DNA of 64,000 nucleotides from Vezdaea acicularis (Eukaryota), in contig JAPEUI010000013.1 of assembly GCA_026025075.1 (NCBI GenBank), forward strand, positions 62,001-126,000, read 5' to 3'. The notes below the pieces were generated by a model. It saw nothing but the letters and a program-made list of their open reading frames with translations. It was not told the origin of the DNA and did not search any database. Position 1 is the stretch's first letter. Each line of letters begins with the position of its first letter. The position numbers and the translations under genes are program-made. Below, piece after piece: positions 1-10,821 of this stretch.

Positions 1-104
1 CAAAGCAAATCTGAGCCGGTAATTGACTAGACACTTGGGGTGTTAGTAACATGAGGGTTGCTGTACTAGGGCTACTGTAGTGCCGTGTTCTTGGACCCGC
101 GGGA

Positions 105-364
105 AGCGGTAGACGAAAATTGATGGCGCATAAGCGATCGTTCTCCCAAAATAAAATGCCATGAGCTTGAAGGCACAGGACGTCCCCACGAAGCCGCATG
201 CATGGCCCAGAGCTCAATGCGCCAAATAGAGCAAAAGCGCAGCACTCCCGAGCTCGTATCAAGAAGAGCTGTTGTGAGATTGTCGAATGGTCTTGGAATT
301 GCTGAAAGAGACACATGCCCAGAGTAAGAATGCCGCTTATGCGCCATCAATATTGTCTACCGCT
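105..364 (+). mobile_element. MITE-like TIR element, family A, copy 1
   Basis: ~31-bp terminal inverted repeats: AGCGGTAGACGAAAATTGATGGCGCATAAGCG (105-136) and CGCTTATGCGCCATCAATATTGTCTACCGCT (334-364). Interior is homologous to 30130-30394 (same orientation) and 3197-3866 (opposite orientation). No coding capacity and no clear TSD. Confidence 0.85.
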
Positions 365-473
365 CTGACGCCAACCTAGATTTCCATAGAGGCAAGGTTC
401 TCTCGATCAACATATCATCAATTCAATCACCTTACCTCACAGCTTTGCCCACTGACTTCTCGTATGACAGTGA

Positions 474-529
474 ATTTACTTCTTAATTTGTTCTCTATGA
501 AGCATCTGTCGGTCAACCTACCTAAACTC
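474..529 (+). repeat. Dispersed repeat Y, copy 1
   Basis: ATTTACTTCTTAATTTGTTCTCTATGAAGCATCTGTCGGTCAACCTACCTAAACTC matches 3988-4043 ungapped at 44/56 positions (hand count), in direct orientation. Confidence 0.75.
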
Positions 530-1248
530 AGTCTAAGCGTGCCCCCTAAACGCACTAGATCAAGATAACCGGTCGAAGTAGAGAAATTCTCCCAGAGCCA
601 ACCTAAGCAGAGGACATGGCAGTCCAAAGTCTAGGCCAAGCAAGACTTGCTATGCAATAATTCGTCTCCACATATACGGATTAGTCCAGAGCCGATAAGA
701 GATATTTGGACCAATTGGAACCTCTTCCCGTCCCGTCAATATGCATCATTACTTCAAATGCGTCGTACAACCTTACGCGCCGATTTTGAAGCACTCCAGA
801 CTGGCTCTTTAGTATTATGATTATAATTCACATCTAATTTTTAAAGCATATGGAGGAGACGAGATGTTGTTAAGAAGCTCTTTCGTACGTTGTGCATCGT
901 GATCCGATTTCGAGTCTATGATGTTTTGAAGAGGTTTGGGAGCCGCAATTCATAGCACGCCGATCTCCTGGATGTCAAGACAGGACAAAGCGGGGTCCGC
1001 GACAAGGCGGACGAGATGTCCAGTCAGTGGAGAGTGTGCTTGGGCTTGCAGGTTCAGGGAAGTGCCCCTCATTTGGAACAAGGCCAAATTCATGCTCGCC
1101 CACCAATCATGTGCAAGCTTCAAAGAATTGGACAAGGCATCTTCTGAAGCTATACTACTTCCAGACTTATTTTCATGACAAGCAAAGTAAATCACCAACT
1201 AGTGACACAGCTGACGTCGCCCTTTACTCCTTGCAAACGAAAATTACG

Positions 1249-2467
1249 ATGGCAGGAAATGCTAGATTTAACAGAGGAATGGCGGAGATCCGAGATACCG
1301 TGCTCGCTACCCAGCATCGCGCTAATCGTCTTGCTACTCGAGATTATGTTGAAGAGTTCAAAGAGGAGACTAAACGATTGTTCAGTAGTGTTCAAGATAG
1401 TATTGAACTTTCCGCCGAGGGATTCGAAGAGCTCACTCAAGCTTGTACTGCCGTCGGAGGCCGTTTAAATACGCTTGAAGAACGCTTAGGCCCTCAAGGT
1501 CAGCTTCTCAGAGCCATCGATGAGAAGTTTGACAGGTTCAGACAGAGTCTGAACACCGCAACTGATGGATTTGGTGCCCTCAACAGACATGTCGGCACCA
1601 CTATGCAGGAGTTCCAAGGGCGCCTTGTAGAGCATTCACGTACCGTCGAACGGCAATTGAACTCGCTGGGAGGGCGGTTCACTGTCATTGAAAATCGTCT
1701 AGATGAAATTGGCGTAGAGCAAACCAGGCTAGGCAATCACTTAAGAGCTATTGAAGGAAGCCTAGATGAGCGCCTAGATAGGCGCCTAGATGAACGCCTA
1801 GAAGTCTTATACCAAAGGCTTGACGGACGTCTGAACGTTTTGGAGCTTCGCTTTGATCAACGTTTTGACGGCTTTGATCAACGTTTTAACGGCTTTAATC
1901 AACGTCTTGTCGGCCTTGATGAACGTTTTAACGGCCTTGATCAACTTTTGAACAATTTTGAACAGCATCTTGGCGAACAACACCGCCAAGTATTTGCAGA
2001 ACTGACTCTGCAATCGGACAATGCGAGAAGGGGTTCTCAAAATCTCGAAGTACTTCAAAGAGAGATTAGAGCAGGGTATGCATTCCTGTCTCATTTGAAA
2101 CCTTCAGTCCAGACATCACTAACAGCACTGCCTTCAGGCATTACAACAACGCTGCGCGAGTCTTAAACACCACTGTTATCAAAAGTGATGCGCGGTTATA
2201 TGAATTTCGTGGAATCAATGATCGGCCGATTCTAGACTTTCCTACAAATCCTGCGGCCCTAAAGCGCCTTTCTAGTCAGTATATCTAAACTCTTCATATA
2301 TTATACCATTGAATGACAATTGATTTGAAGGCGATCGATTGAACGAGTTGTTGGGAAGACTAGGATTAGATACGGATGGTGATGTGGCTCAGAGAAGACG
2401 TTTGCTAGTTACGTATCTCGGAATCGCATTTCAACAAATCTATTTTTGGCGCTGGTATACTAAATAG
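1249..2467 (+). CDS. Coiled-coil protein with C-terminal Mug135_C (DUF1773/UPF0612)-like domain
   Basis: Exons 1249-2075, 2138-2274, 2331-2467 (donors GTATGC and GTCAGT; CACTAAC branch in intron 1). Long heptad region (LDERLDRRLDERL...FDQRFDGFDQRFNGFNQRL). Spliced C-terminus HYNNAARVLNTTVIKSDARLYEFRGINDRPILDFPTNPAALKRLSSDRLNELLGRLGLDTDGDVAQRRRLLVTYLGI fits the N..AR..N...FP....L..L....L..LL..LGL...G....R..L..Y.G pattern I associate with Mug135_C. Family call is by eye. Confidence 0.7.
1761..1945 (+). repeat. Intragenic tandem repeats (12-bp and 21-bp units) encoding coiled-coil heptads
   Basis: CCTAGATGAGCG-type 12-mers at 1761-1802; TTTGATCAACGTTTTGACGGC-type 21-mers (~4.5 copies) at 1852-1945. 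Confidence 0.85.
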
Positions 2468-3196
2468 AATCACATCACAAAAAGGCTATCGACTAGTGGT
2501 CCCTCTCTTTCCTGCAGCATACGACATCTAATATCGTCACATTTTCTTTCTTGCTATTCCTTTCGTCATCCAATCTGCCACCTGGATTGCTAAAATGGGA
2601 TTACTCAACGCACGTTCACTGGGACGCGTGTTAGTCAGTGCCCATCAAACCAAACAGTACATACAATGTGGTCAGTCACTTGTACGGCCTGGAGAGACGG
2701 CTAGTAGATCCCGCATTTAGTTCTGTGGAAGGCGTCTAATGTGGCATATGCAACAATGTTGGGTGGCAACAACTTGGATCACGATAAGCGTTGAAAAGCT
2801 GTTGGTTTTTGAGGGGCGCTGGAGGTGCGAGGACGCGGCCTAGTCAATCTTGGCAATGATGATAGCTACTATAGCCGGTATTTATGGGATGGTAACGTTC
2901 TTATTTTTCTCGTCTTACTATTTTTGGGTCGTCAGAAGGAAGAAGGATAAAGGAGGAGCATGAATGGGCTTTGGGCAATTTATTCACGATCGTAAAGGAC
3001 AGAACATGGGGCCATGGGAACACGTCTAAGTGACTAAGCTATTCATCTGTCGAGGTGGCGATCAAGGTCATCTCGTTTTTCTGAGGTTGATCTGCGTCTT
3101 TGAATATTTTGGAAGTGGTTGGGGTCTTGGAAGGTCTAGCCAGGTCAAACTGATTCGCCAATTGGCCTGTAACTTTAAACTCTACGCTAAAGCCAC

Positions 3197-3866
3197 AGCG
3201 GTTGACGAAATTGATGGCACATAAGCAAATAGTGGGCATGTTTACCCATCAGCATGCGTTACTTTTAGCATTTCCAAGATCTTTGGCAATCGATGACAAT
3301 TTATTCTCAGTATGAGCTCGATAGTACTGCGCCTTTACTCTTGTTGGACTACAGTTGGTGGCCATAAGTAAACGAACACCCTTGCAGAACTGCCATCAAT
3401 GACCGTAGAAGATAAGGCAAGAATTCACGCAGCAAAGATAATCAAAGCTCAGGTATTATTAACTTGATGAAATAAACCCTCTATTCCCCGGGTTTAACCC
3501 TGCGGATCATCTATGATTTTCGCTGAAGGAGGGTCTATAGGTGGCGGATCCAAGCATTGAGGAAGCGAATAGAGGCAAAACAGCAACTGAAACGCGATTG
3601 GAGCGCGCAATTCAAACTTTGTGGAATACGACTGGTGCAAAACTTGTAGATATGTTAGTTTAAAGTAAGCCTTCACGAGTACAAACGATTTCAGCTTCTT
3701 AGGGTGGATATGCCCAGTATCAAAAGTGTTCGTTTACTTATGACCACCGACTGTATCATGCTCCGGGCTATGCCCGTGGCCTGGCAGGGCCATTTTGAGC
3801 CTTCGAGTAAGTAGCATTTAGCTATGGGGGAACCCCCGTTTATGCGCCATCAATCTTGTCCACCCT
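3197..3866 (-). mobile_element. MITE-like TIR element, family A, copy 2 (inverted, interrupted by nested MITE B)
   Basis: Ends AGCGGTTGACGAAATTGATGGCACATAAGC and CGTTTATGCGCCATCAATCTTGTCCACCCT. After removing 3352-3755 the remainder aligns to the reverse complement of 30130-30394 (e.g. GGGCATGTTTACCCATCAGCAT, GCCTTCGAG..GTAGCATTTAG.T.TGGGGGAAC). Confidence 0.85.
3352..3753. mobile_element. Tc1/mariner-type MITE (family B), 402 bp, TA target-site duplication
   Basis: 28-bp TIRs CAGTTGGTGGCCATAAGTAAACGAACAC (3352-3379) and GTGTTCGTTTACTTATGACCACCGACTG (3726-3753), 26/28 identical. TA on both sides (3350-3351, 3754-3755); the empty site in copy 3 has a single TA. CAGT termini with a TA TSD are typical of Tc1/impala-like elements. 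Confidence 0.92.
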
Positions 3867-3987
3867 TTCGAGCTGCGTGTAGCACCACGAACCTCACTAA
3901 GGAGCGGTCACTTTGCCGATAATTCTATGAATGGATCTAGGTATGCTTCGCGATCATGCGTGGTCATTCCTACCTCTTACAAAGTAG

Positions 3988-4043
3988 ATTTACTTCTTGC
4001 TTTGTTGCCTATCAAGCATCTATTGGTCGACTGATCTAGACTC
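3988..4043 (+). repeat. Dispersed repeat Y, copy 2
   Basis: 44/56 identity to 474-529, direct orientation. Confidence 0.75.
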
Positions 4044-5775
4044 GCGCTGAGTGAGCACTCTAGCCAAGGAGGGGCATGCCTAGCCTTGGAGCACGCGCAT
4101 TCCATGGATCTGCGCTGGCTGCATCCACGGCAGATGCCGTGACCCGGCACCTTCAATCAAATGACGCTACGGGCCGCGATTGCGTGCGACTGGCACAAGG
4201 CTACAGTAGTTCATCTTCTGCTGGGACTAGACCGTCCACTCTCTCTAAGAGAAAGGGGAGCTTGTGTTATCGATTGGAGGGTTTGAAAGCGCCAAAGCTA
4301 CTGTAGCTCGCGAAGAAACTCCAAACTGCTGTCGAATGGGGTCGTCTCAGCCTTTACAACAAAAGGAATATACACCACGTAGACGATGATTCGTCCTGCA
4401 GAACAGCTGATGGATTTGCCTCGGTGGCGTAGTTTCCCCACAACAGAGGTTATGGATAGATATGTTTGATTCTCGAATCAAGAGGTTGCCGGCCTGCTTA
4501 GCGATTGGACCGCGCGGATACCGGATGGCCTGCAAGGCTAGGGGTAAGCTAGCCTAGCGTACAGAAACAAGCGTTAAGTGGACGTAACCCCTCGTGACTT
4601 CGGGCTTGCATCTATAGTATATCTCGACACTCTTCCCCGCTAGATTACTGAGTGCCCGTCCTGGCCTAGAAAAACCGGGTTACTTTCTGATATAGCCTGC
4701 CGCTTGACCTGGTACTGAATTCTATAGTTCAGGTTTCGTTCGAGCGTGCTTCTTGTATAGGCAGAATAGGGGTAGAGTTCGATGACCCAGTTCACAGGAA
4801 AAGGCGCGCTCGTTCGCGGGAGCTACCTCGAGTTAAAGATGGCGCTCGGAACGCGGCGCCCGGGTTTGGAAAGAAGTGCGCCACTATCCTGGGTTTGTGC
4901 CGTCCAGCGCCGAGATCTAGTTAAAGGGACCAATGACCTTTCAACGTCTCTTCCGCGCCCCCTCATCCATTCTTGCTTCTTTTCGAAGTCTGTGCAGAAT
5001 CTTTTGTGTCTTGTTTGATAATTGGTTCCATGAAGATCAATAGCGATCTCGCCTGTTCTTTCTTGACTTGGAACTGGCTGAATTTCCAAATCCTTGCGCT
5101 TTGGGCTGAATGCATTGGCATAAGAAATCTAAGACGACGACGATGATGACCACTACCACTACACCACCAACACCACCAACATCACCTCTACTCGCGAATA
5201 ACGACAGGTTTGGAGGCGTCTGCTTCGACAGACGTGTCCAGTTGACCGGCGTGCGGGGTCTTATGACCATCAATATTCAGCATGGCCCGCTCTCATGTCC
5301 TAATGCGTCACGGTATACACCTTCACGATTTCCATAGCCTGGCCTGCGTGTGGAGTTGCTCCAATTTCAGTGGATAGAGCATTCTACTTGTCCCGATTGA
5401 TCATGATAATACTTTATTGATTTCGTTGATAGGCCAGCATGCTAGGTTGTATGGGCGTCAGTCGATAAACTCTCCTTCACACATGTCTCACTATGTGGGC
5501 AAGCGGGGTTCGAATCAAGATGATTGATGGATGCGGGGAACATCTATGACCTTCTATTTAAAGACGATATTCTGTCGTCCCCGGGGGGTGGGAAAGAGAG
5601 AGATCGTCAAGTCTGTAACAAAGAGCTATAACACTAAAACACTGCCTGGATTGAGCCATCTATACAAGTCTTCTATCAAGGCAACTAGTCTACGTTGACG
5701 GAACCGCAGGTCGGTATTGGCGCCTTTCCTCCGCTTAGATCGAACCCTATCTAACCCTTGCAATACATTAGTCCA

Positions 5776-7767
5776 ATGGCTGCACCACATGGCCCTAGTT
5801 ACCGCGATGACGCTGATTTTCATGATGCCATGGTGGGATACTTAGGAAAATTGGACCCTTGCGATATCACTTTTGCCAACGGCGAACCTATCTGGAACAA
5901 CGATGATTATAGCTTCCTTGAAGAGAAGTGCCCTGAAGCAACAGCCAATCCTTCTCTATGGAGACAGTCTCAATTGTGTGCCATCCAAGGCATCTTCAAG
6001 ATCACGGATCATCCGACAAAGAACATCTATCAAGTCCGTGGGCTAGACCTCTCCAACATAACCTTCGTAGAAGGAAAGGATGGCATCATCGTCATCGATC
6101 CTTTGGTCTCTAAGGAGTGCGTCGAGAAAGCACTAGACTTGTATAAGAAATTGGTGCCAGGGATCCGCTCGGTCCGCGTAACCGGCCTCATCTACACTCA
6201 TTCGCACATCGATCACTACGGAGGCGCTGAGGGGGTTCTGAAGTTCGTGCACGAGGGTGATAAAATCCCGATAATCGCGCCCAAAGGCTTCCTCAGTAGC
6301 GCAGTAAGCGAGAATGTCTACGCGGGAAACGCCATGATCCGTCGAGCTGGATACATGTATGGAGATCAACTCCCTAAGGGGCCCACAGGCCAGATTGGCG
6401 CCGGGCTAGGCCAGACCAACTCCACGGGGTCCACCACGATTCTTGCACCGAACGATATCGTTGTGGAAGGGCCGGACTTGCATCGGGTGATAGATGATGT
6501 CACAATTGAGTTTCAGCTCACCCCGGGTACTGAGGCACCAGCAGAGATGAACTTCTTTTTCCCTGAGCAGAACGCTCTCTGTATGGCTGAGAACGTAACC
6601 CATACCATGCATAACATCCAGACACTTCGAGGAGCTCTGGTCCGTGATGCACGCCTGTGGTCCCGTTATCTGGACGAGTCTATCACCCTCTATGCCGAGA
6701 AAAGCGAAGTCATGTTCTCAAGCCATCATTGGCCCACTTGGGGAAAGGACAAGATCCACCAGATCATGACCCGGCAGCGGGACATGTACCAATACCTCCA
6801 CGACCAGACCCTTCGGCGGTTGAACGAGGGCGAGATCGGAACCGAAATCGCCGAGAACTTCAAATTACCGAAAACCTTGGCAAGGAGCTGGTATTCACAA
6901 GGCTACTACGGCTCCATCAGCCACAACGTCAAAGGCATCTACCATCGCTACATGGGCTGGTACGACGGTAATCCCGCCCACCTATGGCTCTACCCACCCT
7001 CCGAGTCCGGGAAACGTTATGTAGAATGCATGGGCGGCCCCGGCCCCGTCATCGCCCTGGCCAAAACCTACGAGGAGAACAAGAAAGATCTCCGCTTCGC
7101 CGCGACGCTCCTCAGCGACGTCGTCTTCGGCTACCCCGGCCACCGCGACGCCGAGCTCGCGCTGGCCAACGTCCTCGAAAAACTGGGCTGGGGCGCCGAA
7201 TGCGGGCCCTGGCGCAACATCTACCTCACCGGCGCCTTCGAGCTGCGCGACGGCATCCATGGCCCTACGGTCAAGCAGGACATCTTTCAATCCATGATGG
7301 CTCTCGAGCTCGGCCAGCTCATGGAGTCCATGGGTATCCGTCTCGACGGCCCAAAGACCCCGGATAGGCGCTTCTTCACTATCGATTGGTACGTCTCGAA
7401 CGTCGGCCCCCGCAAGGAAAACCAGCAGGTCCGCCTCACTCTGAGTAATTCCGCTCTCACCAACCGCGAGATTGAGCGGCAGGAGCCTCCTGAGGAGCCT
7501 CCACAGAATGGACACCATGATTCAGAACATCACAAGCCAACGCCGCATAAAGCCGCGTCTGCTTATACGGCTACGCTGAGCGTCTGGCTCACCCACGAAG
7601 AGCTGGTGGGGCTCGTCGTCGAGCCCGATACGACGGTCAGGCATCTCACTCATGAGGGCGATCCGAAGGTTTGGCCGGAGTTGAAGGGCTGGCTCACCAC
7701 GCCCGACCCCGATTTCGCGATTGTGACGCCGTATAAGCCCATTCCCGTACACCACAGACATCATTAA
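5776..7767 (+). CDS. Alkyl/aryl sulfatase, SdsA1/BDS1 family (metallo-beta-lactamase fold, dimerization domain, SCP2-like C-terminus)
   Basis: Intronless ORF from first ATG (5776). Motifs NPSLWRQSQL, YQVRGLDLSN, IDPL, THSHIDHYGG (HxHxDH), TPGTEAPAEM, HNIQTLRGALVRDA, SHHWPTWG, GYYGSISHNVKGIY..YMGWYDGNPAHL, WRNIYLTGAFELR, PDFAIVTP. Confidence 0.95.
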   Translation: MAAPHGPSYRDDADFHDAMVGYLGKLDPCDITFANGEPIWNNDDYSFLEEKCPEATANPSLWRQSQLCAIQGIFKITDHPTKNIYQVRGLDLSNITFVEGKDGIIVIDPLVSKECVEKALDLYKKLVPGIRSVRVTGLIYTHSHIDHYGGAEGVLKFVHEGDKIPIIAPKGFLSSAVSENVYAGNAMIRRAGYMYGDQLPKGPTGQIGAGLGQTNSTGSTTILAPNDIVVEGPDLHRVIDDVTIEFQLTPGTEAPAEMNFFFPEQNALCMAENVTHTMHNIQTLRGALVRDARLWSRYLDESITLYAEKSEVMFSSHHWPTWGKDKIHQIMTRQRDMYQYLHDQTLRRLNEGEIGTEIAENFKLPKTLARSWYSQGYYGSISHNVKGIYHRYMGWYDGNPAHLWLYPPSESGKRYVECMGGPGPVIALAKTYEENKKDLRFAATLLSDVVFGYPGHRDAELALANVLEKLGWGAECGPWRNIYLTGAFELRDGIHGPTVKQDIFQSMMALELGQLMESMGIRLDGPKTPDRRFFTIDWYVSNVGPRKENQQVRLTLSNSALTNREIERQEPPEEPPQNGHHDSEHHKPTPHKAASAYTATLSVWLTHEELVGLVVEPDTTVRHLTHEGDPKVWPELKGWLTTPDPDFAIVTPYKPIPVHHRHH

Positions 7768-8346
7768 ATGATTGTGAGGGGAGTAGTGCGTGAGAGTTGG
7801 GAGCATGTGAGATGTTGGATTTAACGGCTGCTTTTGGAAACGGCAGATCTCGTCTTCGGTTGTTCGAGAAATTTGAAATGGGTTGTGGGAATAGTGGATT
7901 AGTTGTTGTCTTTCCCGGATTTCACGAACTTTGAAATAGTACGAGCGATCAAAACATCTAGCGTTGACTACCTGGGCCCTTGGCTTGAGAAGATTCTGTG
8001 ACCCGTTGACGTGGCACTACGCTGGCTCATATTTGCCAAAGCGGAAGAATTTGTCCCGTGATTCCACTTCCATGGCACTAAGCCACAGTCGATACCATGT
8101 ACTAATAGTGATTCTAGGCCGCCTGCGACCGCCCCCTCGTTTTCGAGGACTCCGCCCAAGCTGACCAGGCGGATAGCGACGTGGTTTGGGGGGGAGGCAA
8201 GCCCGTCATCGTCACCTTAGAGTCTTCTGTTTATCTTATAACAGGGCATGAATGGCGCCGTAGACGATGATGGAATAGTCTTGACGGCGCTGAGGCGTCT
8301 TGCTGATAAGCTTAGACGGAGGTTTTATAAGAGGACACCCACAGTC

Positions 8347-9421
8347 TCAAGATATACCTTCATCATCTTGCTTCTTACCATCTCTCCGTTGCCCGAGCCA
8401 GATCCGTCCCATGTCATACGCCCCGAGATAGAGGCCACTCCCAAGGAAAGTCCAAGCACCTCGTAGAGCCCCGCCTCGCCAGAGCCCGCGGAAGCCTTGG
8501 TCACGAAGGACATCTCGGCCGATTTGAAACCCGCTTTTCCTCTTCGCCGTCGAGACTTTGACGCCGTCGCTGCTTTCGAACAACGTGTGGGGGTTCGGCT
8601 GATCCGACGCGCTGAGCATGATCCGCGTCTTGACTACGTCGATGGGTGTGGTTATCACGGCTGCTATTGATCCGGCAGTACCAGCTGCAAGGGAAGTGAC
8701 TAGACCCCTCTCTAGGAGGGTGGGCTTTCGGCTAGGATGTAACCTCTCCCTCCGCTTCATAAGCCTTGATTTCAGATGCTCGAACAAGGGAAAGTGCATT
8801 GCTGTGAACGGCAGATTCCTCGCTGCTAGCGCTGTATAGCCTCGCCATAGCTGGCTCGGTCGATTGAACTTCCTCAGCGCGGCCATCGTTGCGTTTTTGG
8901 GAAAGAGGGAGGTTGATTGTGAGGAGGAGGAGCTTCGGGCGGGGTTTGAGACCACTTGGGCGTTTTGCTTCAGGACCTCGGCGGGCGTGAGGATGAAGCA
9001 GGATACTAACTCTGCAATGGAGGATGCGGCCGCGTGTACCACCGGCTGGGGAAGAGAGGAGGGGAGAGATTCATTCAATCGATTCAGGTGGAGCTTGGAG
9101 AATTCGTATGTCGTGAAGAATGCCCCGCTAGAGGGTACGGTAGCGATGATCACGGACCCAATGCCCTGGTAGAGACCCCGGAAGAGCACTGCACGGTTGA
9201 TGATGGGGATTGGAGATGCGCCATGTGGGGTGGTATATACTTTCTTGAAGTCGGGGGATTGGAATCGGGTTTTGAGTGTATCGAGAGGGTAGACGAAAAG
9301 ATCGACGGTGAACGCTGCGATGGCGCCTGCCTGGAAGTGGGAAAAGTTAGGATTGGCGAGCTTACTGCAAAGATTCGGAAAGAGTACTTACGAGTAAGAC
9401 GTCGGTGTGAGCATTAGACAT
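8347..9421 (-). CDS. PET8: Mitochondrial carrier, S-adenosylmethionine transporter-like
   Basis: Exons 9421-9392 and 9330-8347 (GTAAGT...CCTAAC...CAG). Three carrier signatures YPLDTLKTRFQ, TPAEVLKQNAQ, TPIDVVKTRIM; ARNLPFTAMHFPLFE is typical of the Pet8/Sam5 subfamily. Confidence 0.8.
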
Positions 9422-10821
9422 TAAGAAATTGTTAGAGGGCTATAACGTTGAACGAAAGAAATCTATGACAAGAACATCAACTATAGAGGGATCGATGATG
9501 CAAGATCTCCCCGCTTATCTTATCTGATCACAAGCTTGAAACGTGATCGTATGAATAAACCTCCGAAGACGTCAACCTATCAGTGACCATCATTCGATGA
9601 TGTAGAAGCCTTCAAAGACCTTTTCAGTCTAGGTTAATGATAATTAAGCCATAGTTCAAATGTTGAGCACGTGACTTATACGGTCGTATCGGCTTCTCGC
9701 GGAAGCTGTTGAGATGGCGGATCGAGAGGCTTTTTCGCACGAAGCTTCCCGTCTCTCCGTTCGGAGGCTGCTCCTACGGCCGGAAGTAGGCCTTGGGCAG
9801 CAGCGTTCACGACGCCACTTCCGGTTGATAGCCATGTATCCATAATGGCTTCAGAGATGTGATCAAGACAGGGAGTATAGGGGATGTTGCGCATGTTGCG
9901 CATGATCACTGCAATACTATCTCCAAACGTGGGCGCAAGGTGACCATGTGATAGATGCCCGTTTCTCTTTGCACTGGCATAACACAAATTCTCCGCATTC
10001 GATCTTATGCTTGAACAAGCGCGCCACCGGCTGTGCGTCTTTCAGAGCGGGGCATAGGGAGAGCGTTTGCTCAGGCCAGATTTTGGAGGCGAAGGCGACG
10101 GCTGTCTCAATGTGCCTTGCACAGCCAAGACCGGATGAGCGTCATCGGTGCCTGCTGATAGAGAAACCCTGATGATCCTCACGTCTCCCCAAAAACCCCG
10201 TCCCTTCTTCAACTCACTTTTGCTTCACTCTGCCCGAGTGTATTGAGCGCAAACGTTTCCCACCGACCTCAGCGTTTTTCCGTTGTTAGAGTGAGCGCCA
10301 CAGTGAGTACTGCCTTAGGTGGGGTCGAGCTTCGGTGGCGGCCAGATGACTGACGTAGGAGGTGCAGGCACTTTTGCGCGCGGTGAGGGGTGAAATTCAG
10401 GTAAGTGAATCCCACTTTCGCCAACTGGGGCCATCGACGACGACGATCATCGAACATTCCTTAAAACAGCCAACGCCACACCTTTCTTGAGCTTATTTTG
10501 CCAAGTCATCAATTCGTCTTTATCAGGACCGCCCAAGGAGTCAATAAATCTTCGAATTATTGGGCATCATCGAGCTTGGGCTTCACTTGAAACAAAAGTC
10601 GTGTCTGAGTTGGCGTCGCTTGCGACAGCAATACCCGCCTGGCCTCCGACACAGTCAAGTTGCCCATACTCTTCTCAAATCACTCAAGTCCTACAAAAAA
10701 TTGACCTAGTCATCATCAGCTTCAAGTCATTCTTGGCAGAGACGACACGTAAAAGTCATTGATCATCAAGGCAGTCCAAGTCCTTTCCTAAAAGACTACC
10801 AGTTCCGCGATCACTTCCAAC

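Noticed and set aside
121..136. ATGGCGCAT in family-A TIRs as a CYS-3/MetR sulfur site regulating the sulfatase
   Set aside because: One base short of the ATGRYRYCAT consensus, and the nearest copy is ~1.9 kb from the gene.
1027..1248. N-terminal extension of the 379-aa ORF from a GTG start
   Set aside because: Eukaryotic gene; the first ATG at 1249 starts the coiled-coil-like sequence, and the ORF-track end (2166) reads through an intron.
5450..5525. GGTTCGAATC B-box-like motif suggesting a tRNA or SINE
   Set aside because: No T-stem closure, acceptor stem or cloverleaf could be built.
1..8000. Starship or other giant transposon boundary
   Set aside because: No DUF3435 tyrosine recombinase or any transposase in the window; cannot be excluded to the left of position 1.
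9676..10200. Short ORFs at 9676-9987, 13513-13812, 4076-4535, 22181-22960 and 57193-57675 as genes
   Set aside because: No recognisable motifs, mostly non-ATG starts and no coherent splice structure.
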